Source: Nemertoderma westbladi (taxonomy: Eukaryota > Animalia > Xenacoelomorpha). From it: 64,000 nt of DNA. The DNA is taken from the NCBI GenBank assembly GCA_032718475.1, contig JAUCBJ010003082.1, positions 4,030 through 68,029 of the forward strand, given 5' to 3'. This document shows positions 13,109-23,740 of this stretch, in pieces. The stretch's first letter is position 1; each line of letters begins with the position of its first letter. A program made the translations under genes and the position numbers. The notes under the pieces were generated by a model. The model had not been told where the DNA came from. It worked only from the letters and a program-made list of their open reading frames with translations, and did no database searches.

Positions 13109-15910
13109 CTAGAATAAACCTGATACAATCCCGGTATCCGTATCTATATCGATATCGTAGAAACACGGCCGTGTCGGTAGTCCTGGCATCGTACTCATAG
13201 TACCGATCAGCGGGTAGAGGAAGCCAGCGCCGACACTGGCACGGACGTCGGACACGGGAATCCGGAAGCCGGAAGGCGCCCCCTTCCGGGTGGGGTCCGC
13301 GGTGAACGAGAGATGCGTCTTAGCCATACAGATGGGCAGCCCCCCGAACCCCTGGGCCGTGTACACCGCGATCTTACGCGCCGCCGTGTCGCTGATATCA
13401 ACGCCGTCGGCTCCGTAGATTTCCCGCGCGATCGTTTCTATTTTATCCGCGATAGGAGAATCGAGATCGTAAAGGAACTTAAAGTTCGACGGTTGATCGC
13501 AAGCGCGTTGGACCGCGCGCGCTAACTCCACAGCTCCAGCGCCACCTAGCGCCCAGTGCCGGCACACTACGGCGTCCAACGCCCCCGCGCGGATGGCCTC
13601 GGAAGCGGCGACCTCCAGCTCGGCCTCCGTGTCCGTCGGGAAGGCGTTCAAGGCGACGACCACCGGCACCCCGAACCGCCGCGCGTTGGCGACCTGGCGC
13701 GCGAGGTTGGAGACTGCGCCAGCGCGCACCAACTCGACGCTCTCGGTCGCGTAGACTTCTGGCAACGGATGCCCGGGCGCCACCGACGGCCCGCCCCCGT
13801 GCATCTTGAGCGCCCGCACCGTGGCCACCAGCACTACCGCGTGGGGCGTCAACCCCGAGGCGCGGCACTTTATATTGAAGAACTTCTCCATGCCGACGTC
13901 GGCGCCGAATCCCGCCTCCGTGACGACCAGCCCCTCGGGGCCGACGAGTTTCAACGCGATCCTATCCGCGACGATGGACGAGTTCCCGTGGGCGATGTTG
14001 GCGAACGGGCCCGCGTGCACCAGCACCGGGGAGCCCTCGAGACTCTGCATCAGGTTGGGTTTAATCGCGTCCTTGAGGAGCACAGCGAGGGCGCCGGTGA
14101 CCCCGAGGTCGTCCGCGGTGACCGGGGTCCCGCCGCAACTCGAGGCCACCACAACCCGTCCGATGCGAGCCTTCAGGTCCCCGAGGTCCGTGGCCAACGC
14201 AAGGATGGCCATCAACTCGGAGGCCGCCGTTATGTCGTACTGCGCGGGGCGAGTCATCCCCTTCTCGGTGGGCGAACACCCGATGGTGATCCCGCGGAGG
14301 AACCTGTCGTTAACGTCAACGACCCGTTGCCACGTTATCGTCGCTACATCGACGTCTAACCGAACGAATCTCGAGACTTCCTCCTCGGTTAACTGCGACG
14401 GTTCGTCTTTATCGATTCGCAACTTGGCCAACCGGCGTTTCTGCACGGCGGAGAAGCGACCCTTAGCGACGAGACGACCGAACAGGGCGGAATCCGTCTG
14501 GGTCGCTTCGTGGAAGATCCGTGCATCCAAGGCGGCGGCTAGCAGGTTAGTGGCCGCCGTTACCGCGTGGATGTCGCCGGTTAGATGCAGGTTGAACTCT
14601 TCCATCGGGATGACCTGCGAGTAGCCGCCCCCGGCGGCGCCTCCCTTTATCCCGAAGGTCGGACCTTGCGACGGCTGACGCAGACACGCCACCACGTTGC
14701 GCCCGCAATGCGCCCCCAACGCCTGCGCCAACCCCATCACCGTGGTGCTCTTACCCTCCCCCAGTGGCGTCGGCGTGACCCCGGTGACCACCACGTACTT
14801 CCCGGAAGGCTGTCCGCTCAACCGCTCGACGACCTCCAATGAAACTTTCGCTTTACTGGTCCCGTACGGCTCGATCTCGGTGCTGAGCAACCCGATCTCC
14901 TTGGCGAGCACCGCGACGTCTTTGGGCGTCTGAGATCGGGCCGCCTCGATATCCGACGGTACGGGATCCAGAGGTCGCAACGGCAGGTAGACGATCGGCC
15001 ACGCGGAGACCGAATGCCGCCGGCCCCACCGCACGGCCGACTCAACTGTGTTCCGCATCAACATGGCGACGGTCATAGGTCCGACTCCGCCAGGAACCGG
15101 TGTTATATGCGAAGCGACCTCGCGGCACGACGCGTAATGGCAGTCGCCTAGGAGACGCGAGCCGGACTTCTTGGTGCTGTCTGGCACCGGATTGATTCCG
15201 CAGTCGATGACCACCGCCCCCGGTTTCAACCAATCCCCACGGACCAACTCCGCTTTACCGATCCCCACGACGACCACGTCGGCTCCCGCAGTCACGCTGC
15301 TGAGATCCTTCGTACGGGAGTGGCAGGTCGTCACGGTGGCGTGGTTCGCGATCAGTAAGTCGCGCATTGGGGCACCAAGGATCTTACTTCGACCGAGAAC
15401 CACGGCAGAAGCGCCTGAGAGGTTGAACCCAGTCAACTGGATCAACTCTAGACACCCGCGCGGTGTGCAGGGGACGAACCCAGACAGGTCGCCCCGAGAC
15501 AGACGTCCAGCGTTCACCTCGTGCAGACCATCCACATCCTTCTCCGGGTCCACCGCGTTGGTACATTTGTTGGAATCGATTGGATTAACGGAATCGAGAG
15601 GCAGTTGCACTATAATTCCGTGGATTCGCCGGTCCTCATTGAGCTGTTTAATACGTTGGAGGACTTCCCTTTCATTAGCGGAGCGCTCTAGATGGGCGTG
15701 GATCGCGTACATTCCGATTTCCTCTGCCGCCCGAATCTTCATTCGGATATAAACGTTGGAATCCTCCCGCCCTCCGACTTGGACGATTGCTAAACCCGGT
15801 TTGAAGTTGGGGTCATCTGATTCTCGGATAGACGTGACTTCATGTTTCAGTTGGTTGCGTATTGATTTGGCGATTTCACTGCCTTTTATTATTTGAGCTT
15901 CTGTCGTCAT
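13109..15910 (-). CDS. MTHFD1: Trifunctional C1-tetrahydrofolate synthase (methylene-THF dehydrogenase/cyclohydrolase + formyl-THF synthetase), intronless CDS
   Basis: 933-aa ORF. N-terminal FolD-type motifs ([28 protein letters not shown]) fused to Fhs motifs ([54 protein letters not shown]). No obvious mitochondrial presequence. Confidence 0.97.
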   Translation of the reverse strand: MTTEAQIIKGSEIAKSIRNQLKHEVTSIRESDDPNFKPGLAIVQVGGREDSNVYIRMKIRAAEEIGMYAIHAHLERSANEREVLQRIKQLNEDRRIHGIIVQLPLDSVNPIDSNKCTNAVDPEKDVDGLHEVNAGRLSRGDLSGFVPCTPRGCLELIQLTGFNLSGASAVVLGRSKILGAPMRDLLIANHATVTTCHSRTKDLSSVTAGADVVVVGIGKAELVRGDWLKPGAVVIDCGINPVPDSTKKSGSRLLGDCHYASCREVASHITPVPGGVGPMTVAMLMRNTVESAVRWGRRHSVSAWPIVYLPLRPLDPVPSDIEAARSQTPKDVAVLAKEIGLLSTEIEPYGTSKAKVSLEVVERLSGQPSGKYVVVTGVTPTPLGEGKSTTVMGLAQALGAHCGRNVVACLRQPSQGPTFGIKGGAAGGGYSQVIPMEEFNLHLTGDIHAVTAATNLLAAALDARIFHEATQTDSALFGRLVAKGRFSAVQKRRLAKLRIDKDEPSQLTEEEVSRFVRLDVDVATITWQRVVDVNDRFLRGITIGCSPTEKGMTRPAQYDITAASELMAILALATDLGDLKARIGRVVVASSCGGTPVTADDLGVTGALAVLLKDAIKPNLMQSLEGSPVLVHAGPFANIAHGNSSIVADRIALKLVGPEGLVVTEAGFGADVGMEKFFNIKCRASGLTPHAVVLVATVRALKMHGGGPSVAPGHPLPEVYATESVELVRAGAVSNLARQVANARRFGVPVVVALNAFPTDTEAELEVAASEAIRAGALDAVVCRHWALGGAGAVELARAVQRACDQPSNFKFLYDLDSPIADKIETIAREIYGADGVDISDTAARKIAVYTAQGFGGLPICMAKTHLSFTADPTRKGAPSGFRIPVSDVRASVGAGFLYPLIGTMSTMPGLPTRPCFYDIDIDTDTGIVSGLF

Positions 15911-16236
15911 TGTTTAGGAAAATGTAAATGCTAAAATGAAGGCTTCATGGGGTTGGGTACGGTACCGGTACAGTCACGATTTGGGTAGGGCCTATCCGCC
16001 TATCAGCCTATCTACAAATGCAACACCACTAATCCCAGGTACAGCAATACCACGGGTGGAAAAAACCTAGCAGCCTAGTGATCTAGGTTTTTTGGGTATA
16101 ACTTTTCGCCGTATCCGTATGCATTTGCTGTATCCGTATGTACATACGCATATGTGCCGTATGTAATGGATTCCTTTGGAGAATAATCCGTATGTGATTT
16201 TAAAGATTAGGCATTGCGGACCAGTAAGATAAGAAG

Positions 16237-17059
16237 TGCACAACACACATGCAGACTGAAGACAGGTAGGCCTACTTACACACTTAAAGCTAAGTGATTT
16301 AAAGAGTGTGGCTGCCGCTACCTTATGTCAAATAAACAATGCAGGACAGGTCCAGGATGAGTGACAGCCGGTATCCGCCAGCCCCGGGATGCGCCAGCAG
16401 TGCAGTACTGCAGTAGGCCTACAGGCCTACCTATAAACCATAACTCTTCTTGACGCCGTTTTGGAAATCTAACCAACCGTGATTTATTTTTGAACTGCTT
16501 TTCCACCTGTCCACTAACCTGGTTATAGAATGTTGTTGGTTGCTACAGTATATGGCACTAACATAGTATAGACTGATAGAAGCAGCAATGAGAATGCTAA
16601 GCTGCTAAGGGAATAAACATTCGCACAGATATTGAAAACCCTCGTGTCAGTTTGTCCTTCTTTGTGAATTTATTAACATATAATACCTTTACTTTCGCCG
16701 TTTCGGGGCCAGTATTTAGTTAACCATAGCAGGCCCTATGCAGCCAAGTGCCAACAAGACCAACCTAGTGCCAGTTAGTCAAACCACGTGTCAGCGAGTG
16801 CAACCGGGTGCCAGTAATTAATCTAAGTTCAACCGGGCGGCCAGGTGTCAGTTAGTACAATAAAACAAGCGCTGTGGCGCATCCCGGGACTGAAGGACAT
16901 CATCCTGTCATCTGTCACTCATCCTGGACGGCTGGACCTACAATGTTTATTTGACATAAGGTATAGAGCTGTAGAGGCAGCCACATGCCACACTCTTTAA
17001 ATCACTTAGCTTAAGTAGGCCTACCGGTACCTGTCTTCAGTCTGCATGTGTGTTGTGCA
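16237..17059. repeat. Long imperfect inverted repeat (foldback/MITE-like), arms ~16237-16396 and ~16874-17059
   Basis: TGCACAACACACATGCAGACTGAAGACAGGTA...CCCGGGATGCGCCA is mirrored by TGGCGCATCCCGGG...TACCTGTCTTCAGTCTGCATGTGTGTTGTGCA, with indels. No TSD found. Confidence 0.8.
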
Positions 17060-17170
17060 GGCACTCCTTAAATATAGGGGACCCTACTTTTTTTTTTCAA
17101 AAATTGAAAATGCTGATGTCAGATTTTATGCATTCATTATATATCGGTATATATATTTACATATCTGCAT

Positions 17171-18795
17171 TAGGGTTCAACAGAAGGCACTTTATGGGGC
17201 CGAACCGAACCGAACCGAAGCAGGGCCAACTTCGGGCCGAACCGAACCGAATCCGAACCGAAGTTCAGAAAGTTAGCAAGTTACAGAGTTATGGTCATAA
17301 ATTCGTATTTACGTCACTATCAGACTATACTGGTTGACTGGCAGTGGCAGACTGGTACCTATATGGTCTGAGGACTTAGCGAGAAAGCTATGATTAATTA
17401 AAAAAATAAATACTACAAATTAAAATGGCAATATTTACATTACTGTACATTACTAACCTAAACTACTGTATACTTACTGTATGCATGCACTCACTGTATG
17501 CATCACATTTTCACCCGTAGTAAGCCGTTCAGTAATGACATCAAATTTAGAAAACCTCACTAAAAGTACAGGTAGTCTTTGTAATACTATTTATATGAGG
17601 TAGTAGGTATATTTGGTATTACGTATCAAAGTTATGATTAATTAAAAAATAGGGTACTACAAAGTAAAATGGCAATATTTGATATTTAGCCTAACCTAAA
17701 CTACTGTATAATTAAGCTAATTTTGAAACTACCCAAGTAACCTGGAAACAATAAAAAAAATAATGCCATTTAAATGAAAGTTCAGTCCAAAATTAAGGGT
17801 GTAAACGTTAAGCAGACAGTGGTGCAGATAGTGGTGCAGATACCTGGTGCGGCCAGTGGTGCAGACAGTGGTGCAGCGTGCAGACAGTGGTGCCGATACT
17901 GGTGCAGACAGTGGTGCAGACACTGGTGCAGACAGTGGTGCAGACATTGGTGCAGACAGTGGTGCAGACAGTGCTGCAGACAGTGGTGCAGACACTGGTG
18001 CAGACAGTGGTGCAGACACTGGTCCAGACAGTGGTGCAGACACCTGGTGAAAATACTGAAATACCAGAGTACCACAAAACACAATACCACCAGGCACTAT
18101 TATATTATATTTTATCATAGACTTTATTATCTACAAATATGCGAGTAACTACTGAAAGGTTCTACATGAAATACTGAACGGGTGAATGTGCCCTGATTAC
18201 AAATAATTATAAGAGGTGTGTACGAAAATAATTAAGTGCAGACTGCACCAGTCTGCAAAAGGTGCCTGCACCACTGCCTGCACCAGTGTCTGCACCACTG
18301 TCTGCACCACTCTGCCACTGTCTGCACCACTGTCTGCACCACTGTCTGCACCAGTGTCTGCACCACTGTCTGCACCCGGGTCTGCACCACTGCCACTGCC
18401 TGCACCACTGTCTGCACCAGTGTCAGCACCACTGTCTGCACCAGTGTCTGCACAACTGTCTGCACCAGGTGTCTGCACCACTGTCTGCACCAGTGCGTGC
18501 ACCACTGTCTGCACCAGGTGTCTGCACCACTGTATGCATCACTGTCTGCACCACTGTCTGCTCTGCACCAGTGTCTGCTTAACGTTTACACTCCAAAATT
18601 AATTAGTACAACGATGGACAGATTGATTAGTCTTACTGTCTTCTGGTCTTAGCTAAATCAGTCAATGTAATACTTGGAATATTTAGCAAAGTCTGCTCCG
18701 AGCTTCTGCAGTATCAATTGCAGAAGCCGAACCGAACCGAAATTGCCAAACTTCGGCCCGAACCGAACCGAAGCCGAAGCTTCTGTTGAGCCCTA
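17171..18795. mobile_element. Non-autonomous hAT-type DNA transposon
   Basis: TIRs TAGGGTTCAACAGAAG / CTTCTGTTGAGCCCTA (1 mismatch). Perfect 8-bp TSD ATCTGCAT (17163-17170, 18796-18803). Subterminal CCGAA arrays at both ends. Confidence 0.92.
17797..18593. mobile_element. Nested Mutator-like foldback MITE with inverted 12-bp minisatellite arms
   Basis: TIRs GGGTGTAAACGTTAAGCAGACA / TGTCTGCTTAACGTTTACACTC. 9-bp TSD CAAAATTAA (17788-17796, 18594-18602). (GTGGTGCAGACA)n left arm and (TGTCTGCACCAC)n right arm. Confidence 0.88.
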
Positions 18796-18925
18796 ATCTG
18801 CATATTCAATATAGGCCTATGAATTTTTTTTTATGTGAATTTTGAGTAGGCCTATAATGACATCGACAAATAAAAGTAACGAAACATAACTTTGAAAAAA
18901 GCCTAAAACTCGGTATGACTAATTA

Positions 18926-19020
18926 CCCAAACGCACCCAATCGGCACCCAAACGCACCCAAACGGCACCCAAACGCACCCAATCGGCACCCAAACGGCAC
19001 CCAATGGTACCCAAACGGCA
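18926..19020. repeat. Short CCCAAACG(G)CA repeat cluster, inverted relative to the adjacent 32-bp minisatellite
   Basis: ACCCAAACGGCA is the reverse complement of TGCCGTTTGGGT in the 19200-19660 array. Confidence 0.75.
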
Positions 19021-19199
19021 TTAAAATTGAACTGCCGGATGAAAATTACCCTCCTATAGGGTACTCCCTGGCATCCTAAATCAGTTGAGTCAATAGGTAA
19101 ACGGTGAAATTAACCGGTACCTACCAAATACCAGAATACTGAAATACGGTACCAGCAGATTGGTATGTAGAATAGCTTACTGTCTGACTGTAAACAAGC

Positions 19200-19660
19200 T
19201 GGCGTATAAGTATGTTAGAATGCCGTTTGGGTGGCGTTTGGGTATGTTAGAATGCCGTTTGTTTGAGTGGCGTTTGGGTAAGGTAGAATTCCGTTTGGGT
19301 GGCGTTTGGGTATGTTATAATGCCGTTTGGGTAGCGTTTGAGTATGTTAGAATGCCGTTTGGGTGGCGTTTGGGTATGTTAGAATGCCGTGTTTGGGTGG
19401 CGTTTGGGTATGTTAGAATGCCGTTTGGGTAGCGTTTGAGTATGTTAGAATGCCGTTTGGGTGGCGTTTGGGTATGTTAGAATGCCGTTTGGGTGGCGTT
19501 TGGGTATGTTAGAATGCCGTTTGAGTGGCGTTTGGGTAAGGCAGTAAGGTAGAATGCCGTTTGGGTATGTTAGAATGCCGTTTGGGTGGCGTTTGGTTAT
19601 GTTATAATGCCGTTTGGGTGGCGTTTGGGTATGTTAGAATGCCGTTTGGGTGGCGTTTGG
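19200..19660. repeat. 32-bp minisatellite (left part; resumes at 34236-34290 after the BEL insertion)
   Basis: Unit GTATGTTAGAATGCCGTTTGGGTGGCGTTTGG. The same unit reappears directly after the right LTR remnant. Confidence 0.92.
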
Positions 19661-20800
19661 TGTTTGCGCTTTTAAGACCTTTGACAGTTTAACCTGCCAA
19701 ATTAGGATGTCTTTTGGATGATATATATTCTTTAGCTTATGACGAGTATTTGATACACTACATTAGCCGAAGCCAGTCTATGCGCAATCATTCACCCGCT
19801 GGATATACCCGGGAGACTGAGTTCGGAGCTTAATGATTGATGGTGTAAGCCTACCGTATTATTCGACTGATATATAATCTCTGACAAATATTATTCACTT
19901 TCGGGAAATATTAACAGTTCCTTTAGGACGTGGCGCTCTAAATATGTAAACAGAGTTATGACTTAAACTAGACACAACGAAAAGGCTATAGATTCACGTA
20001 TATGGCGCATTCTTTAGGAGATGCTTTGTTATCAGTTACAATCATACACAATGCTGCACAATACTGCACACTAATCTGCCGACCTTCACTAAATTTGGTC
20101 ACGTATAAAGAGAGCAACATACAATTTATGTCGGGCATATGAAATAGCATTAGATTCACTTCAAACCACTTAACATAGGTCGCAATCGTTTATCTGTAAC
20201 TGGTCTCTCTAACCTTTAGTATATCAAGAAGGTGGGGTATCTGACTATTGATCAGTATTCCAAATATAATCTTCCATCAACAAATATAATGAATAACCGA
20301 CAGTAAAAGCAGTAAAGTTAAGGTATAAATGATTATTAAGTGAGTGAATTAACTCGATAACAGATATACGTTCTATAATTAAGCCTACTAATGTTAAACT
20401 AAAGACTGAAACACGGAGGTGCCAAAAGCCGGTGTTCTTAGGCTCTGGGCAAAAACATAACACTGAATTACTGAGTTTCTGTATCCAACTCCAACACAGA
20501 GTCAAAAAACGCTCTGATTGGTCGACCGAGCAACGAGAGAACAAAGAAACAAAGAAATGTCGACGTGGCAATATCAGCTGTTAGCCGTCGTCATGGTAGC
20601 GACACTGTTTTCAAGAGGATCTAGCTTATTGCGTCGCGAGATTGCGGATTATGTCCTCTAAAGTACAAATACAGAAGAAATGACTTTTATGTCCTCTAAA
20701 ACACCAGTACAGCAAGGACACGGCCTTTTTATGCCTGGTAAACCAACCACAGAGTACTTTACGGGGAAAATAACCGGCTAATTACGCAAAAGCTTTTACA
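19661..20800 (-). repeat. 3' LTR (~1140 bp)
   Basis: TGT...ACA termini with imperfect terminal inversion (TGTTTGCGCTTTT vs TGTAAAAGCTTTT on the minus strand), preceded on the minus strand by a PPT. The first 196 bp match the right-hand LTR remnant. The inner boundary is inferred. Confidence 0.72.
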
Positions 20801-20812
20801 CCGCTCCCAGAA
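20801..20812 (-). other. Polypurine tract (plus-strand primer) of the BEL element
   Basis: Minus strand reads TTCTGGGAGCGG|TGTAAAAG, a short G-rich tract abutting TGT. Confidence 0.65.
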
Positions 20813-20826
20813 AATGGGATTTAAGT

Positions 20827-22209
20827 CTATAAAATATAACAAATCACAGTTTCTAAAATATAAAGATACTCTAAACAGTTAGTCTTTCTTACACAGACGG
20901 CGTTTACGCAGTTTTTTGAGGCTAGCAAGAGTCCTTTTCTCTTTGGGGCGAGCCACTTTACTAGGAGGGCTATAAATCCTGGGTGAAGGGTGCAATATGA
21001 TTGCATCAGAAGGTGTAGGATTATGGTCGGGGTATCCGCCGTTTCGATATGCTTCTCCTCGAGCTGATTTTCCTCCGCTCGTAGCTGGATACGTTCATCC
21101 AAAAACTCTCGCAGAGAATGGGGTTGTCTAAGTTAGATATCTTCTTAGAGATTCTGGACTTCACAATCGAACTGAGATAAGGCCAATTCGTTTATCGATT
21201 GGACTTACTGTTATAACTTACGTTTATCTGAACAAACGCAGGTTTCTTTTTGATCTTTGTAGAATAGCGTTTAATTCGTTTCGCACAACGTTCTCCTTCA
21301 CCTTGATAAAGGGTTGTATCGCGTTAAACGGGGACGACCATACGGTTGGATAGTGATATTAGGTGTCCGCGTCACAATCCGGCTAGGTAAGATGGGCGGC
21401 TAGCTAGAAATCACTGTCGGAGTGTTACCGATTAATTGTTAGGGTAGCACTAGATCTTTGAACAGTGAATACAGTCCGCGAGGATCTGCGACACCACCAG
21501 GATCGCAGGTCTGAGGTCCAACTAAGGAATGAGGAGGTTTGACCGAGTATTCCGGGACTCTGATCGTAGGTTTACTCCAGGATCGTTCGAGCCGAGTGAG
21601 CATAGGTGGTACGTCAAACAAGTTTCGCTCGAAACTCCAGTAAATATAACGAGCACAACTGTGTTTAACACAACGTTTCCGTGGATGTTTATGTCTTTCC
21701 GTTTATTAGTTGGGTCTAGGGCATTTATCATAATAATACCAAAGACGCACGTCTGGTAGGGGAAACGCGGGTGATATTTATTTGTTGTTACAATGCTTCT
21801 ATCAAGAATTCCAAATATACGTTGGAGTTACCGCGTTTATTTGTTTCTTTAGTGTCTTTTCTTTCGAGTCGATTTCGAATAGAATTTTCGCATTCGAATT
21901 TCAGTTTATGGTTCCGACTCCGCTGGGCAGGATATATAGTCGACATAGTCCGTATTATGTAAATCGATAGGATGACCAGTAGTTAAGAAGACCATATACG
22001 TACCATTACGCTGCGTATATCGAGCAGCGAATTTTCTATAGTCCAACTCGCGCGAGCTGCTCTTGGGACATTGGCGGTTCGATATAACGACCATCGTCCT
22101 CCGCAGCAGTTGGACTAACGTCGCCGCATATTAAGCTATCAACAAACGCTTGTAAAAGTAGAGTATATCGCTCCCCGATACTAAGACCATCTTCTATCAA
22201 CTCCGTCAT
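20827..22209 (-). pseudogene. Possible decayed extra ORF (env position) of the BEL element
   Basis: Three ORF-track hits (22036-22287, 21439-21621, 20827-21102) share one minus-strand frame that ends 14 nt before the PPT. 17 internal stops counted by hand. No recognisable domain. Confidence 0.35.
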
Positions 22210-23740
22210 ATCTGCTATATATGAGTTTATCCATATTATAATGAGTTTATATTTAGGCGAGCGGGCGTCGCTGCCTACCCCAATCAACCCCCGGACAGTA
22301 CGAGATCCTCAGTGCCGATGTGTCGTCGCCGCTGTACTTTCGCCAACGACGTAGCCGCACAACGACAACGACAACCGGCACAAGTCACTCAACTGTCCAC
22401 TCAACTGTCACTACGCACATTCGGGCCATTTGTCCGTTAGTCAATGCCTTCCAGAATGTCACTGTATTATTATGTATCCTTGGATACTAGTAGTGCGCTA
22501 TTTATTCCCTATGCTATTCAATGGGACAAGCTTTCTATTGTTCTTTTAACTCACTTCTAATTCTAGCGTGGTTGTTGCCATGGTGACATTATGGAAAGCT
22601 AGCGGTAGAATTAGGGTAATTCCAATGCATACAGATCTGGGATGTTATTTAATAGTAATTCTTTAATAGTCAATGTCCTGTTTATACATGACTTTACGAA
22701 TTTTATCGGCTATTGACTATGTTTGGGAGACTTTCGTACACGCATACGCATAATAATATAAATCTCCGCTCCCTTGATCTATTAATTAATGGAATTTTGG
22801 GAATGTTATAAATTGCGTAAAATGGCAATTTATTAAATTCATTAAAAGACATGAATTTAAATTTATTCCCTGAAATTTTATTATTTGATAATTAAATGGG
22901 CATATTTTGATTCTAGAACATGTCTAGGGACACAAGATCCTTAATTCTAAGAAAATTGTCTCTTTAAGAATATCGGTAAATGCTACGATATCTTAATTGA
23001 CTAGAATTGTTGAAGGATCTGAATTTTACAGATTTTGACTTATTTGATTTGTAAATATTAAATAATTAATATTTGAGATGGGCACCGATTTATTCCAGAA
23101 CTTGTCTGGGGACGTTAACCACTGATTCTATAATTTGTCTTTCAAGTATATCGGTGGGTGCCACGATATCTTAATCGACTAGAATTACAGATGGTCAAAG
23201 GGTTTAACAGATTTATTTTGCGTTATACGCTACTGTTAAAGGGACATCACGCTACTATATGTATTATTTAATATACGGTATGAGAGCAATATCGCACGAA
23301 GCAATGTCAGTGTGAAGAGGCAAGTCATTTCCAAGGTCTACCCAGAGCTTGGTTTAGCCGAGACACGAGGATCTGAACTTTGCATTCCTAATACTCTGCC
23401 TACCAATAATACTTGAATATAGTAGTGGCTTTATTGTACTTTAATAAGTACGAAGATTTCATATTACTGTAGTCACGTATTGATAATGTAATACGGGCAG
23501 TAAGGAAAGAGAGAAAGAATTATTTCTCGCCGTCGCACTAAATATATAATATACGTAATTAAATAATAAACGCGAATATATATTGCACTAATCTACTAAA
23601 TAATCTCTAAAATACCATGTTACTAAATAAAATTAAATAAAACGATTAAAATAAAATTACATAATAATACATACATAAATATAAAAATAAAACAAATACA
23701 AATATAAAATAATATGGTCACACACCCACTCCAGCCGTTG

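Noticed and set aside
13207-15752. Multiple overlapping or antisense ORFs within MTHFD1
   Set aside because: Expected shadow ORFs of a GC-rich CDS.
13109-15910. Bacterial horizontal transfer of the GC-rich intronless gene
   Set aside because: The FolD-Fhs trifunctional fusion is the eukaryotic architecture, and GC tapers into host-like flanks.
16051-16510. Possible MITE with CGGGTGGAAAA / TTTTCCACCTG ends
   Set aside because: Short imperfect match, no TSD, and it overlaps the better-supported foldback.
17729-18652. Cluster of repetitive ORFs (SAPL, CTTV, GADS, VQT)
   Set aside because: Six-frame readings of the 12-bp minisatellite arms of a MITE.
20827-22209. Stop-codon reassignment (TAA/TAG = Gln) in the BEL extra region
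   Set aside because: Gag, pol and host genes use the standard code with TAA/TAG/TGA as terminators, and stop density in this frame is near random.
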